NCBI GenBank assembly: GCA_046759185.1
Contig: JBHIBO010000007.1
Span: 3,898-67,897 of the forward strand
Source: Thermoplasmata archaeon
Lineage (GTDB): Archaea > Thermoplasmatota > Thermoplasmata > RBG-16-68-12 > JAJISG01
Length of the DNA stretch: 64,000 nucleotides
Direction of reading: 5' to 3'
Shown here: positions 8,958 through 17,844 of the stretch, one piece after another
Layout: every line of letters begins with the position of its first letter
How positions within the stretch are numbered: position 1 is the stretch's first letter
Notes under the pieces: model-generated
What the model saw: the letters and a program-made list of their open reading frames with translations, nothing else
Database searches by the model: none
Told to the model about the DNA's origin: nothing
Translations under genes and position numbers: made by a program

Positions 8958-9398
8958 TCACCCCTGACTGTGCGGGTCCCTGGGCGAGGTGATTCTCGCA
9001 CGGCCACAACCAGCGCTGCGTTTCTCAGGCCCGTCCCTAAGCCGAGTCGACGAGTCGCCCTCAACGGGGTACCCCGCCGAGGTCCAGTCCTGGAGTCCCC
9101 CTTCATAGTGCCACACATGCTTGTATCCGGCCTTCTCTAGGAGGAAGGCGGCCATGCGGCTCGCACTGCATGCCCTGTCCGAACAATACGTCACGATGAG
9201 ATCTTCCGGGTCGAGGAGGTCCTCGGCTCGCTCCTTGTCCGCCACCCAAAGGGACCCGGGGATGTGTTCGGCCTTAAACTGCCACTCGTTCATGGTCATG
9301 ACAAGCTTGATCGGCTCCCCTCGGTCGAGCCTCTCTTTCAATTCCTCCCTGCTCATGTTCCGGACCAAGTCGTCCCTTCCACCGCTTAAGAGGACCAC
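8958..9398 (-). CDS. Rhodanese-domain sulfurtransferase
   Basis: ..AEHIPGSLWV..DLIVTYCSDRACSASRMAAFLLEKAGYKHVWHYEGGLQDWTSAGYPVEG contains the catalytic Cys loop plus the GG..W motif. The start could be ATG 9356. Confidence 0.8.
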   Translation of the reverse strand: MVLLSGGRDDLVRNMSREELKERLDRGEPIKLVMTMNEWQFKAEHIPGSLWVADKERAEDLLDPEDLIVTYCSDRACSASRMAAFLLEKAGYKHVWHYEGGLQDWTSAGYPVEGDSSTRLRDGPEKRSAGCGRARITSPRDPHSQG

Positions 9399-9462
9399 CC
9401 ACGCCTTACAGCTTTCGAGAGGCCGGATGGCATTCCGCCGCGGAGCGTGTCCGGCCGGAGGC

Positions 9463-10161
9463 CTAGCCGGGCTTCACAGCCCGCAATGTGATGGAGGATG
9501 CGTCGACGCCTTTGGGGCCGGTCAGCCACGGTTGGTCTGCTAGGGTCTCCAGAACCCGGAAGCCCGCCTCCCGAACGGTCCTGAGGTAGTCGCCCCGGAC
9601 CAATGCATTGCCCACACACCCGCAGTCGTGGTCGACGTCCGTCAGAGGTCGCTCCTGGACAATATCGGAGATCACCAAGCGACCTCCAGGGCGAAGGACC
9701 CGGAAGGCCTCACGGAAAACCGATGCCTTGTCCGGACTCAGGTTAATCACGCAGTTGCTGAGGACCACGTCGACCGACTCGTCCGCAAGAGGAAGCTCTT
9801 CGATGATCGACTCGCGAAACTCGACGTTCGAAATGGCCTTGCGACGCGCGATGTCACGCGACTTCCGTACCATCGCGGGTGTCATGTCAATTCCGATGGC
9901 ACGGCCTTCGGAGCCGACGAGGTGGGCCGCAAGGAAGACGTCGACCCCTGCTCCACTCCCGAGGTCGACCACCACCTCGCCCTCCTGAAGATCCGCCTCG
10001 CGAACAGGGCTACCACTCCCCAGACCCAGAACCGACTCCGCAGGCACGACCGCGAGCTCCTCCGGCGAATAGTTCGTGTCGCAGCACGAGGTCTCCCCGC
10101 TCGCCAAGGAACCATACCGCGCCTGGACACGCCGGTGTCTCTCTTCGTAGTCGGGCATCAT
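9463..10161 (-). CDS. SAM-dependent methyltransferase, arsenite-methyltransferase (ArsM)-like
   Basis: SAM motif VVDLGSGAGVDVFLAA, plus ..VDVVLSNCVINLSPDK..VLRPGGRLVISDIV and a downstream CGC, as in ArsM-type enzymes. Confidence 0.8.
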   Translation of the reverse strand: MMPDYEERHRRVQARYGSLASGETSCCDTNYSPEELAVVPAESVLGLGSGSPVREADLQEGEVVVDLGSGAGVDVFLAAHLVGSEGRAIGIDMTPAMVRKSRDIARRKAISNVEFRESIIEELPLADESVDVVLSNCVINLSPDKASVFREAFRVLRPGGRLVISDIVQERPLTDVDHDCGCVGNALVRGDYLRTVREAGFRVLETLADQPWLTGPKGVDASSITLRAVKPG

Positions 10162-10177
10162 ACCTCTCTACTTCCAG

Positions 10178-10185
10178 AATATAGT
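10178..10185. promoter_or_regulatory. Shared AT-rich TATA-like element in the divergent intergenic region
   Basis: GAATATAG lies about 17-24 nt from ATG 10161 (minus strand) and about 40 nt from ATG 10225 (plus strand). A second box, CCTAAATG, sits at 10193-10200. Confidence 0.35.
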
Positions 10186-10224
10186 AGTCAAACCTAAATG
10201 CTTTTCCTTCTTCCTCCTACGTAG

Positions 10225-11010
10225 ATGACAGAAGCGAACGCTCGCGCCAATCTCCTCCTCGAAGAGGCGGCGAAGGGGGCTCGCGGGGAGATCGTCTCCT
10301 CGCTCAGGGACTTGGGTCTGAGTGGCTACGCCTCCAGTGTCCTCTATGCCCTGGCCCGGGTGACGGAGGCCACGGCCGCGGACCTCGTGGCTCGGACGGC
10401 AATCCCCGATTCGAAGATCTACTATGCTCTTCGCGAATTGGCGGAGGCCGGACTGGTCGAGGTCCAAGAAGGGAAGCCCAAGATGTACCGCATGTTGAGC
10501 GGGGCAGAGGTAGGGGCCCGCTTGGAGCAGCTGCTGACGTCGCGATACGACAGCCAACGGGCCGCCATCTCCCGGACTGTCTCGCTGCTCGAGCCCCTGC
10601 GCTCCGGAGCGCGCTCGCCGATGATGGACCTGGCTTATGTGGTGAAAGGCGAGGCGAACGTCCTAGCCCGGGCGAACTCCCTGATTGAATCGGCCAAACG
10701 CGAGATCATACTTCTCTCCTCTGAAGAGGCCCTCCTGCAGAAGCTGGAGCCTGGACTTATCCGGGCGGCAGGGCGAGGCGTACAGGTTAGGTTGGCCATC
10801 CCCCACGCTCCTGCCGATCTCGAGCTCGCCAAGCGGGCGGAAGTGCGCTCCATTGTCTGTGCATGTCGCATCCTCGTCGTGGATGAAGAACAGGTGTTGA
10901 CCGTCAGTGACGCGTCCGCCGGCGGGATGTATGCCATTACATCCACGGACGAGACCCTCGTCCGCCTGGGACGGGACTACTGGCAAAGTCCACGCTGCTG
11001 CACGGCTTGA
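10225..11010 (+). CDS. TrmB-family transcriptional regulator
   Basis: N-terminal winged helix ..LGLSGYASSVLYALARVTEATAADLVARTAIPDSKIYYALRELAEAGLVEVQEGKPKMY, and a C-terminal TrmB-like sensor domain. Confidence 0.8.
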   Translation: MTEANARANLLLEEAAKGARGEIVSSLRDLGLSGYASSVLYALARVTEATAADLVARTAIPDSKIYYALRELAEAGLVEVQEGKPKMYRMLSGAEVGARLEQLLTSRYDSQRAAISRTVSLLEPLRSGARSPMMDLAYVVKGEANVLARANSLIESAKREIILLSSEEALLQKLEPGLIRAAGRGVQVRLAIPHAPADLELAKRAEVRSIVCACRILVVDEEQVLTVSDASAGGMYAITSTDETLVRLGRDYWQSPRCCTA

Positions 11011-11110
11011 CCTCGCACGTCGGCCGGGCCCACGGGCCTGGCGAAGCCTCCCCGGACACCCCTACTCCAGCGTGGGAACCTCCCCCTTCTCACCCGGATA
11101 TATACTCTAT

Positions 11111-12538
11111 ATGCAGTTCCCTTTGGTTGGACCACGGCCAAGACTTTTCGTCGTGTCCGTCAAGGCCGTGCCCCGGCGCCTCATCCCCGACCGCGTGCCC
11201 CTTCCGATTCTCGATCCCGCGGAGAGGGTCAACTCCTTCCGAGAAGCCCTGCTTCCTTACAGTCGGGAGGAGGCCATCGAGGAGGCACGCCGCTGCATCC
11301 AGTGTGCGAGAGCCTGGTGCGTGGAGGCCTGCCCCATTTCCCAGGACTGTCGTGAGTACCTGCGGCAGATCGCGGAGGGGGACTTCGAGGGGGCGGCGCA
11401 GACCATTCTTCGCGACAACCCTCTGGCGAGCTGCCTGGGGAGGGTCTGCTACAACTACTGTGAAGATGCGTGCGTGATCAAGAAGAAGGGCGACCCCGTG
11501 GCCATTCGTCACTTGAAACGGGCGGCGTTGGCCTACGGTGACGAGGGCCGCACCTACTCCCCCTCTTCTCCGCGGGGTGAGGCTGTGGCCATTGTGGGAG
11601 CAGGGCCCGCCGGGTTGGCGGCCGCATGGTACCTCGGTCAGCGCGGTTTCCGCGTGACGGTCTTCGAAGCCTCTGACCGTCTCGGGGGCCTCATGACCCA
11701 ATCGATCCCCCCCTATCGGCTCCCAAAAGACGTCTTCCTGCAGGACCTCGTACGCATGGAGCCGTTGGAGATCGAGTTCCGCCAAGGCGTTGTCGTCGGG
11801 CGCGATGTGGAGTTGAAGGGGCTCTTCGAGGAAGGATACCGGGCCGTGTTTCTGGGGCTAGGGACGCATCGGTCCAGGACGCTAGGAGTACCAGGGGAGG
11901 ATCTACCGGGGGTGTACCCCGGCCTGCACTTCCTGAAGAGCGTGTTTCGGGGGGAAGGACCGGAAATCACGGGCACAGTCGTCACGATTGGAGGGGGAGA
12001 CGTGGCCATGGACTGTGCGCGTTCGGTGCTGCGCCTCGGAGCCAAGCGTTCCATCGTGCTGTATCGTCGAACCGTAGAGGAGATGCCAGCCTCGGAGGAG
12101 GAGCGGGAGGATGCCGAGGCAGAGGGCGTTGAGTTCCGTTTCCTCGTATCCCCCCTGGCCTTCGGGGGAGACGAAGGCGTGGAAGAGGTCTCGCTGCAGG
12201 GGATGGAACTGGGTCCAGAGGACGAGTCCGGCCGGAGGCGACCCGTCCCTATCGAGAACGACGTAACCACCTTGCCCGTGGCGAACGTCCTCGTGGCCAT
12301 CGGCCAAGTGGCCGAGCTAGAGGGATTCCCCGACGTGGAGATCCACGTTGCCCGGGACGGGACTCCGATGGGAGGCGGCGAGGCCGGCGCCACTGACATG
12401 AAAGGGGTCTTCGCGGGTGGAGGGGCGTCCGTCGTCCATGCCGTGGCGGCCGGAACGAAGGCGGCCGAGGCGATCGTCCAGTACCTCAAGGGCGAGAGCT
12501 CGATCGTATGCCAGGCACCTCCAGGAAACCTCACCTAA
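11111..12538 (+). CDS. Glutamate synthase small-subunit-like (GltD/NfnB/SudA-type) FAD- and Fe-S-dependent NAD(P)H oxidoreductase
   Basis: Fe-S Cys clusters RCIQCARAWCVEACP and CLGRVCYNYCEDAC, then VAIVGAGPAGLAAAWYL..FEASDRLGGL. ATG 11111 sits just after GGATATATACTCTAT. The track start at 10907 overlaps the TrmB gene. Confidence 0.85.
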   Translation: MQFPLVGPRPRLFVVSVKAVPRRLIPDRVPLPILDPAERVNSFREALLPYSREEAIEEARRCIQCARAWCVEACPISQDCREYLRQIAEGDFEGAAQTILRDNPLASCLGRVCYNYCEDACVIKKKGDPVAIRHLKRAALAYGDEGRTYSPSSPRGEAVAIVGAGPAGLAAAWYLGQRGFRVTVFEASDRLGGLMTQSIPPYRLPKDVFLQDLVRMEPLEIEFRQGVVVGRDVELKGLFEEGYRAVFLGLGTHRSRTLGVPGEDLPGVYPGLHFLKSVFRGEGPEITGTVVTIGGGDVAMDCARSVLRLGAKRSIVLYRRTVEEMPASEEEREDAEAEGVEFRFLVSPLAFGGDEGVEEVSLQGMELGPEDESGRRRPVPIENDVTTLPVANVLVAIGQVAELEGFPDVEIHVARDGTPMGGGEAGATDMKGVFAGGGASVVHAVAAGTKAAEAIVQYLKGESSIVCQAPPGNLT

Positions 12539-12550
12539 GCTGAAGTTGGG

Positions 12551-13450
12551 GTGTGGGGCGCCGTGGAGCCAAAGCTCAAGGTCGCGCTGGTTTCCATCCT
12601 GGCGAATGTGGGACTCGTGTCGGTCGAGTTCGTAATCGCCTGGGTCACGGGAAGCCTCGCGGTTCTGGCCGACGCGTTTCACTCTGGCGTAGACCTGACG
12701 GGGTCGCTGCTCGTGCTGTCGGGCATCTGGATGGCCCTCCGCGTGGCCGATCAAACGCATGCGTACGGGTACCGTCGCTACGAGAACGCCGCCGCCCTGA
12801 TTCAATTCGTGCTCATCGCCATCATCGGGGTCGTCGTGTTGTACGAGGCCGTCCGGCGGTCCATCTTTGGATTCTCCGTGACCGTCTCCCCCCTCGTCCT
12901 CGGAGTCGTGGTTGCAACCATCGTTCTCGACCTACTCATCTTCCGATACATCTCCCGCAAGGGAAGACTCTTGGAGAGTTCCGCTCTCAAGGCAGACGCG
13001 TACCAGTTCGGAACCGATTCCATCGCCAAGGTCGGCGTCCTCGTGGGAATTGGAGGCGTCTTCGTGGGCGTCCCCCTCCTGGACGTCCTCGGCGCGGGCG
13101 CGATCGCCATCGCCTTTCTCACCGTCGCCTTCCTCATGGGAAGGAAGAACCTCCAGGTGCTCGTCGATGCCTCGCCGCCTCGGGAGCTCTTGCAGACGCT
13201 GGCCGATACCGCCCTCGACATCGAGGGGGTGACGGAGGTCCATAGCCTGCGAGGACGCGTGTCGGGCACACAGATCTTCGTCGACCTCGTGGTCCACGTG
13301 TCGCCCGACATCTCCCTGGAAGCAGCCCATGCGATCGCCCATGCAGTGGAGCGAGCGATGCAGGAGAGACTGCCAAGCGTGAAGGAGGTCGTGGTCCACA
13401 CGGAGCCCGTCCATCACGAACCTCGGTTGGACGAGAGCCATCCTCCCTGA
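12551..13450 (+). CDS. Cation diffusion facilitator (CDF) metal efflux transporter
   Basis: ..ADAFHSGVDL..THAYGYRRYE.. signature, six TM helices, and a C-terminal cytoplasmic domain (..VHSLRGRVSGTQIFVDLVVHV..). Confidence 0.85.
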   Translation: MWGAVEPKLKVALVSILANVGLVSVEFVIAWVTGSLAVLADAFHSGVDLTGSLLVLSGIWMALRVADQTHAYGYRRYENAAALIQFVLIAIIGVVVLYEAVRRSIFGFSVTVSPLVLGVVVATIVLDLLIFRYISRKGRLLESSALKADAYQFGTDSIAKVGVLVGIGGVFVGVPLLDVLGAGAIAIAFLTVAFLMGRKNLQVLVDASPPRELLQTLADTALDIEGVTEVHSLRGRVSGTQIFVDLVVHVSPDISLEAAHAIAHAVERAMQERLPSVKEVVVHTEPVHHEPRLDESHPP

Positions 13451-13499
13451 CGCGGGAAACGTTGGAGATGGCTGCCAGGGAGGGTGGCAGAGTGGCGCC

Positions 13500-14068
13500 G
13501 CCGCATGGGAACGTGTCGACGCCTGGTCGGACATTGACCTGTATGGGGTGGTCGAGGATACGAAGGTCAGTGACGCACTTGGGGTCGTTGAGGAGGCGCT
13601 CAGCGAGCTCTCGCCGGTTCAGCAGACGTACGTCGTCATGTGGCCACCGTCAGCCGGCATCACGCAACGGTTCTACGGACTCCGAGATGCGAGCCCCTTC
13701 CTCCTCGTCGACCTGGCCATCCTCGGCCTTTCCGCGCCAGCCAAGTTCCTCGAGCTCGAGCTCCAAGGACAGAACGTCGTCTACTTCGATAAGACGGAGG
13801 TAACGCGAGGTTCCTGGACCGGGAGGCCTTCGATCGGGGCTTGCATGACCGACTTGGGACCCTCAGGGAGAGGGGGGAGATGCTCCATATCTCCGTCGAG
13901 CGCGAGATTAAGCGCGAACACTGGATCGAGGGGTTCGACGCATATCATGCCTTCGTTCTAGGCCCCGCTTGCGTTGCCCCGTCACCCGGTCCGCCCCCGC
14001 TCCTCACCGACGACCCTCAGGAGGAGGAGGAAGATGGGCACCATCAGGGTGAAGGCTGCGAGACATAG
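13500..14068 (+). pseudogene. Frameshifted nucleotidyltransferase-domain gene (3' end uncertain)
   Basis: ..AWSDIDLYGVVEDT.. is the NTase-fold SD(I/L)DL motif. There is no usable start for it because the frame runs back into the CDF gene. The reading ..NVVYFDK switches frame near 13790 to DGGNARFLDREAFDRGLHDRLGTLRERGEMLHISVEREIKREHWIEGFDAYHAFVLG. Confidence 0.45.
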
Positions 14069-14425
14069 CAGACAGAGGGACTGGATGACGATCAGTTCGA
14101 GATAGGTCAGGTAGCCCCCGAAGGCCAGGCCCACGCCCGCCAGCCCGAGGCCCAGGGACGCGAGCCTCGTTCGGGCGTCCCCTTGGGCGATAAGGCCCCC
14201 GTAGGAGATCAGGAAGAGTCCCAGGAAGCCCAGGGTGCCAATGAGGGCAACGGGAATTCCGAGGATGCGTGAGTAGGAACTGCCGATGACCGTTCCGCAG
14301 GAGAGGAGGGGGTGGGGCTCGCAGTAGGAAAGGTCGACCGTTACGAAGGACACGACGGTCAGATAGCTACCCAGGCCCATGCCAGCCAAGGAGAGGAAAA
14401 GGACAGCCCGCCACGCGGTCTCCAT
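13982..14425 (-). CDS. Vitamin K epoxide reductase (VKOR) family membrane protein
   Basis: Loop cysteines ..SYCEPHPLLSCGTV.., active-site CLLC in the last TM, and four TM helices. Its ATG overlaps the upstream stop (TAATG). Confidence 0.8.
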   Translation of the reverse strand: METAWRAVLFLSLAGMGLGSYLTVVSFVTVDLSYCEPHPLLSCGTVIGSSYSRILGIPVALIGTLGFLGLFLISYGGLIAQGDARTRLASLGLGLAGVGLAFGGYLTYLELIVIQSLCLLCLAAFTLMVPIFLLLLRVVGEERGRTG

Positions 14426-15117
14426 TATCCGCCACCGAGGGCGGCGTCGAGGGCCGACGAGAGGACGGAGGCCGAGGTGGAGCCACGATAGTGGGAGTGG
14501 ACGGTGAGGTCCGGCATCAGGATGAACGTGGTTGGCGTGCTCGTGACCTCATACATGGGGGCAACGGACCCGTCATCCAGTAGGTAGGTCCACGTCGCCC
14601 CATAGACGGTCTTGAAATTGCGGATGTCGTCCATGGTGTCAGCTGGGCCGATGAATCCCACGTCGACGGAGAGGAAGACGACCTGAGCGCCGTATGTGCG
14701 GTGAAGCGGCGTGAGGACCCCCGCTGTCTCTTCTTGGCAAAAGTGGCAGTCGGTGTCCATGAAGTCCAGAAGAATCACGGATCCGCGGAGGTCCCCGAGA
14801 CGTATGTTCCCCCCATCGCTGCTGGGGAGGGTGAATCCAGGGGCGACGGAGGGGCCCTGGCTCGACGGGGGTGGGGCGAGGATAACGACCCCGAGGATGA
14901 TGCCGACAACGATGACCAAAGCCCCGACGGGATAGAGCCATCGTTCGCGCCGGCCCAACACGGGCGTACGACGGGGCGATCTCCGAGCGGCTTCCCGCTC
15001 TGCTTCCGTGAGATCCCAGTCTATCTTCTTGCCGGGATGCGCTCGAGACGCGTGTTGCGAGAGATTCTGTAGTTTGACGGAGGTTCCGCAAAGGGGGCAT
15101 CTGTGGAATGCCGCCAT
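14425..15117 (-). CDS. Membrane-anchored thioredoxin-like thiol:disulfide oxidoreductase with N-terminal C2H2-like zinc finger
   Basis: FHRCPLCGTSVKLQNLSQHASRAHPGKK (Zn finger), a TM helix, and a TlpA/ResA-like domain with ..LLDFMDTDCHFCQEE (CxxC). Confidence 0.8.
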   Translation of the reverse strand: MAAFHRCPLCGTSVKLQNLSQHASRAHPGKKIDWDLTEAEREAARRSPRRTPVLGRRERWLYPVGALVIVVGIILGVVILAPPPSSQGPSVAPGFTLPSSDGGNIRLGDLRGSVILLDFMDTDCHFCQEETAGVLTPLHRTYGAQVVFLSVDVGFIGPADTMDDIRNFKTVYGATWTYLLDDGSVAPMYEVTSTPTTFILMPDLTVHSHYRGSTSASVLSSALDAALGGG

Positions 15118-15726
15118 CCGCCCTCACATGCAGCCAGAAGCTCTTACAATTTGGGTAAGTACCCCCTCGGTAAGTACCGGAGTTCCCTTGGAGGTGGGTG
15201 TTGTCGGAAATGAGTAGGCCCATCGTCCGGCTCGTCAGAATCGATCCCTTACGCGTTGTGGTCAGTCATGTACACGGGGAACATTCGGAGGCGGAACCGG
15301 ACAGTTCTGAAGGCTTGGGCTAAGCCCAGAGGTCTTCCTGATGACCCATCCACGTAACTTCTGCTTGGCCGGAACAATCCGCCCCCGACTTCGGGCCAGC
15401 CCGAGTATGGGTATGACAGTAGGATTACGGTCGGGCCCGAGGTCGAACTCGAGGAGGAAGTGGAGGAGGGCGAGATGGCGGGGGGCTCTACGCCGTCGTC
15501 CGAACGAATCTCGCGAAGATCGGGAAGATGTGGGAATGATTGTACCGCTGGGCCCAGGACCGTGGCAACAAGACTGCGGTGCACGGCACCGAAGAGCCCC
15601 TGAGTGGCGACGAGAGGGCGCCGGATGCGTTCATCCTGGATCTATGGCACCCCATTACGCGATAACCGCCCCTGACCTCGACGTAGAGCCGGCCCCGCGA
15701 TCCTCGCAATCGAGGACCGTCAGCGG

Positions 15727-16437
15727 CTAGCGATATATGTCCAAGGCCGGTTCCATCGCGGGCTTGGCCTGCTGCTGCACCGCGGCGAGGTGTTCCTGGA
15801 TCTTCTCCGCCTGTTCCACGAGAGGCTCGGTCGGGATCGTCATATGGGGAAGGAGCTTGTCCACGGCCTCCACCAGCCTCGCGGCAGCCATGGCGTCGGG
15901 GATCACCGCCCGCGTTTCCGCGACCAGGCAGATGACGTCGAACTTCACCCAACGGCCTTCGTTGAGGAGAACGCCGGATACTCCGGGTATCATTCCGATC
16001 TCCAGCTGTTCGATGCCAGAGTCCTTCAACCGCTGACGAGCCCGTTTGGTGCTCCCAACCCCCCATAGGTCCGGCTCATCTGGGCCCTCGGCGATGGGGA
16101 GTCCCTCCAGGCAGACGATTTCCCTCGCGGCCTGATTCCTCGCCCAGTCGAGGAGGGTCCGAGCGAGGGGCCGGTGGATGCCGGCAGGCATCGGGACTTC
16201 GCTGATGAAGGCCGCGAGCTTGAGGTCCTCCCGGGCGTAGATGCGCGCGGGGAACTTTGGCTTTCTGGCGTAGATCATCGACACGGAGGGAAAGGCCTCG
16301 GACTCCAACGCAGCGATCTGATCTAGTTCGAGACTGCCGATGATGTAACTCGAAGCAATGGTGCTGAGGAGTCCTACCGTCGGAATGGCCTCGATTACGG
16401 ACCCATCCCGCAGGTCGAAGTCCTTGAACTTCCTCAC
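15727..16437 (-). CDS. PAC2-family proteasome assembly chaperone
   Basis: About 236 aa with ..AIPTVGLLSTIASSYII..FPSVSMIY.. and ..GMIPGVSGVLLNEG.., characteristic of archaeal PAC2/PbaA-type proteins. GTG start. Confidence 0.75.
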   Translation of the reverse strand: MRKFKDFDLRDGSVIEAIPTVGLLSTIASSYIIGSLELDQIAALESEAFPSVSMIYARKPKFPARIYAREDLKLAAFISEVPMPAGIHRPLARTLLDWARNQAAREIVCLEGLPIAEGPDEPDLWGVGSTKRARQRLKDSGIEQLEIGMIPGVSGVLLNEGRWVKFDVICLVAETRAVIPDAMAAARLVEAVDKLLPHMTIPTEPLVEQAEKIQEHLAAVQQQAKPAMEPALDIYR

Positions 16438-16630
16438 CTCGATTTCTGTGTTGATCTGATCACCTCCGGTATCGTACTACCCTCGGCAGGTTAACGTTTC
16501 CCACGATGGCGAGCCCTACAGAACGACGGCACATTCTCGGCGCGCTTCCTTGGGGTGGCGTCGTGAGACATCTGCATCCATGTCGCTTACCGAGGGATAA
16601 GGACTAGCTTAAGCTCGTCTCCAGGCCCGA

Positions 16631-17755
16631 CTAGAGCCCGATCATGCCTCCGACAGCGAGGCCCACGAGGTAGGTGGCGGCTGCTGCTCCCAATCCGATC
16701 AACACCATCTCCACCCCGCTCCGCAGGAAGGAATTGAGGGTGGAGAGCGAGCGCAGGACTCCAGTCAGAAACAGCGCCGCCGCAGCGAAAACAACGGCCG
16801 CGATAATCGCGGCGGACACAGAGAAGACCAGGAAGGGCAGAATTGGGATGAGGCCCGCCAGCACGAAGGCGAGTCCGGTGTACAGCGCCAGTCGCCCGGG
16901 ATTCTCGAAGCTCGCCGACCCGATTCCCCGTCCCTCGGCGAGCAGGGCCCGCAGGAACTCGTCCTCGTTCTCTGCCAGCCGATCGACGACGACCTCCGCC
17001 TCGGACCGGGACAGACCTTTGGTCTCATAGGCCTCCCGTAACTCCTCCTTCCGAGCCTCGGGGGCTACATCAACGGCCGCGCGCTGAAGGCTCACCTGCG
17101 AGGTGTACACGTCCTGCTCGGCCTTCACGGAAATGTATCCCGAGGCCGCCATGGAAGCCGCGCCTGCGATGAGGCCGGCGAGGCCCGCGATGACGACGAC
17201 CGGGGCTGAGCTGGTCGCGGCCGCGACGCCGGCGACCAGGGCGAGAATGCTTCCCAGCCCGTCGTTGGCGCCGAGAACCGTGGAGCGCAGGGTCCCTCCG
17301 GATCGCCCCGCCTCCCGCATCGACTCAAAGAGGTCAATCTCGTGGATGACCTCATCCGCCAGAACTTGATCGAAGGCCGCCTGTGCGTCGGGATCCTTCC
17401 AGCGGGACGCCTGGCCCCGATACCGCTTGATGCCGTTCACCTCAAACCGGTGGATTATCGGGAGCGCCCTTCCCAGGCCGAAGAGGTAGGCCAACCACAC
17501 GAGCAGCCGATGCTCCCACAGACGGACCTTGCGCGGCAACCTCCTCCGGAGTCCTCGGAGGAGGCCCTCCCAGATGTCTGCGTGTCTCTCCTCGTAGTCA
17601 GCGAGTTCTCTCAATTGGTCTCCGCGGGGGGATTTGCCTTCTCTCTCGGCGAGGGCGAGATACATCCATTGGGTAGACCTCTCATCGACCAGGTTCCGAT
17701 CCAGGTCTCTAAGATCCTCCCGCGTCCACTCGAACTCCTTTTTTCCTGTTGTCAT
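16631..17755 (-). CDS. Ferritin-like (erythrin) domain fused to VIT1/CCC1 iron transporter (MbfA-like)
   Basis: N-terminal di-iron-like helices (..ERSTQWMYLALAERE..YEERHADIWEGLL..HEIDLFE..), then ..LRSTVLGANDGLGSILALVAGVAAA.. and the VIT1 TM core. ATG 17755 is preferred over the Arg-rich start at 17800. Confidence 0.8.
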   Translation of the reverse strand: MTTGKKEFEWTREDLRDLDRNLVDERSTQWMYLALAEREGKSPRGDQLRELADYEERHADIWEGLLRGLRRRLPRKVRLWEHRLLVWLAYLFGLGRALPIIHRFEVNGIKRYRGQASRWKDPDAQAAFDQVLADEVIHEIDLFESMREAGRSGGTLRSTVLGANDGLGSILALVAGVAAATSSAPVVVIAGLAGLIAGAASMAASGYISVKAEQDVYTSQVSLQRAAVDVAPEARKEELREAYETKGLSRSEAEVVVDRLAENEDEFLRALLAEGRGIGSASFENPGRLALYTGLAFVLAGLIPILPFLVFSVSAAIIAAVVFAAAALFLTGVLRSLSTLNSFLRSGVEMVLIGLGAAAATYLVGLAVGGMIGL

Positions 17756-17844
17756 GCGACGGTGCGACCTACGGGGGCCATTGGCACGGCCAGATGGCAC
17801 GCACCTTTATGCGATTTCCCTCGGGAGGGACTCGAAGGGCCTGC

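Noticed and set aside
10907-11110. Long N-terminal extension of the GltD-like ORF overlapping the TrmB gene
   Set aside because: The extension is Arg/Pro/Ser-rich, overlaps about 100 nt of the TrmB CDS, and precedes an AT-rich TATA-like element. ATG 11111 or a nearby downstream start is more plausible.
15118-15726. RNase P RNA, SRP RNA or a C/D-box sRNA in the large non-coding gap
   Set aside because: I could not find the conserved cores on either strand (GAGGAAAGTCC-type, SRP helix-8 GGAA-loop context, or RTGATGA..CTGA pairs). It is retained only as an unexplained gap in the findings.
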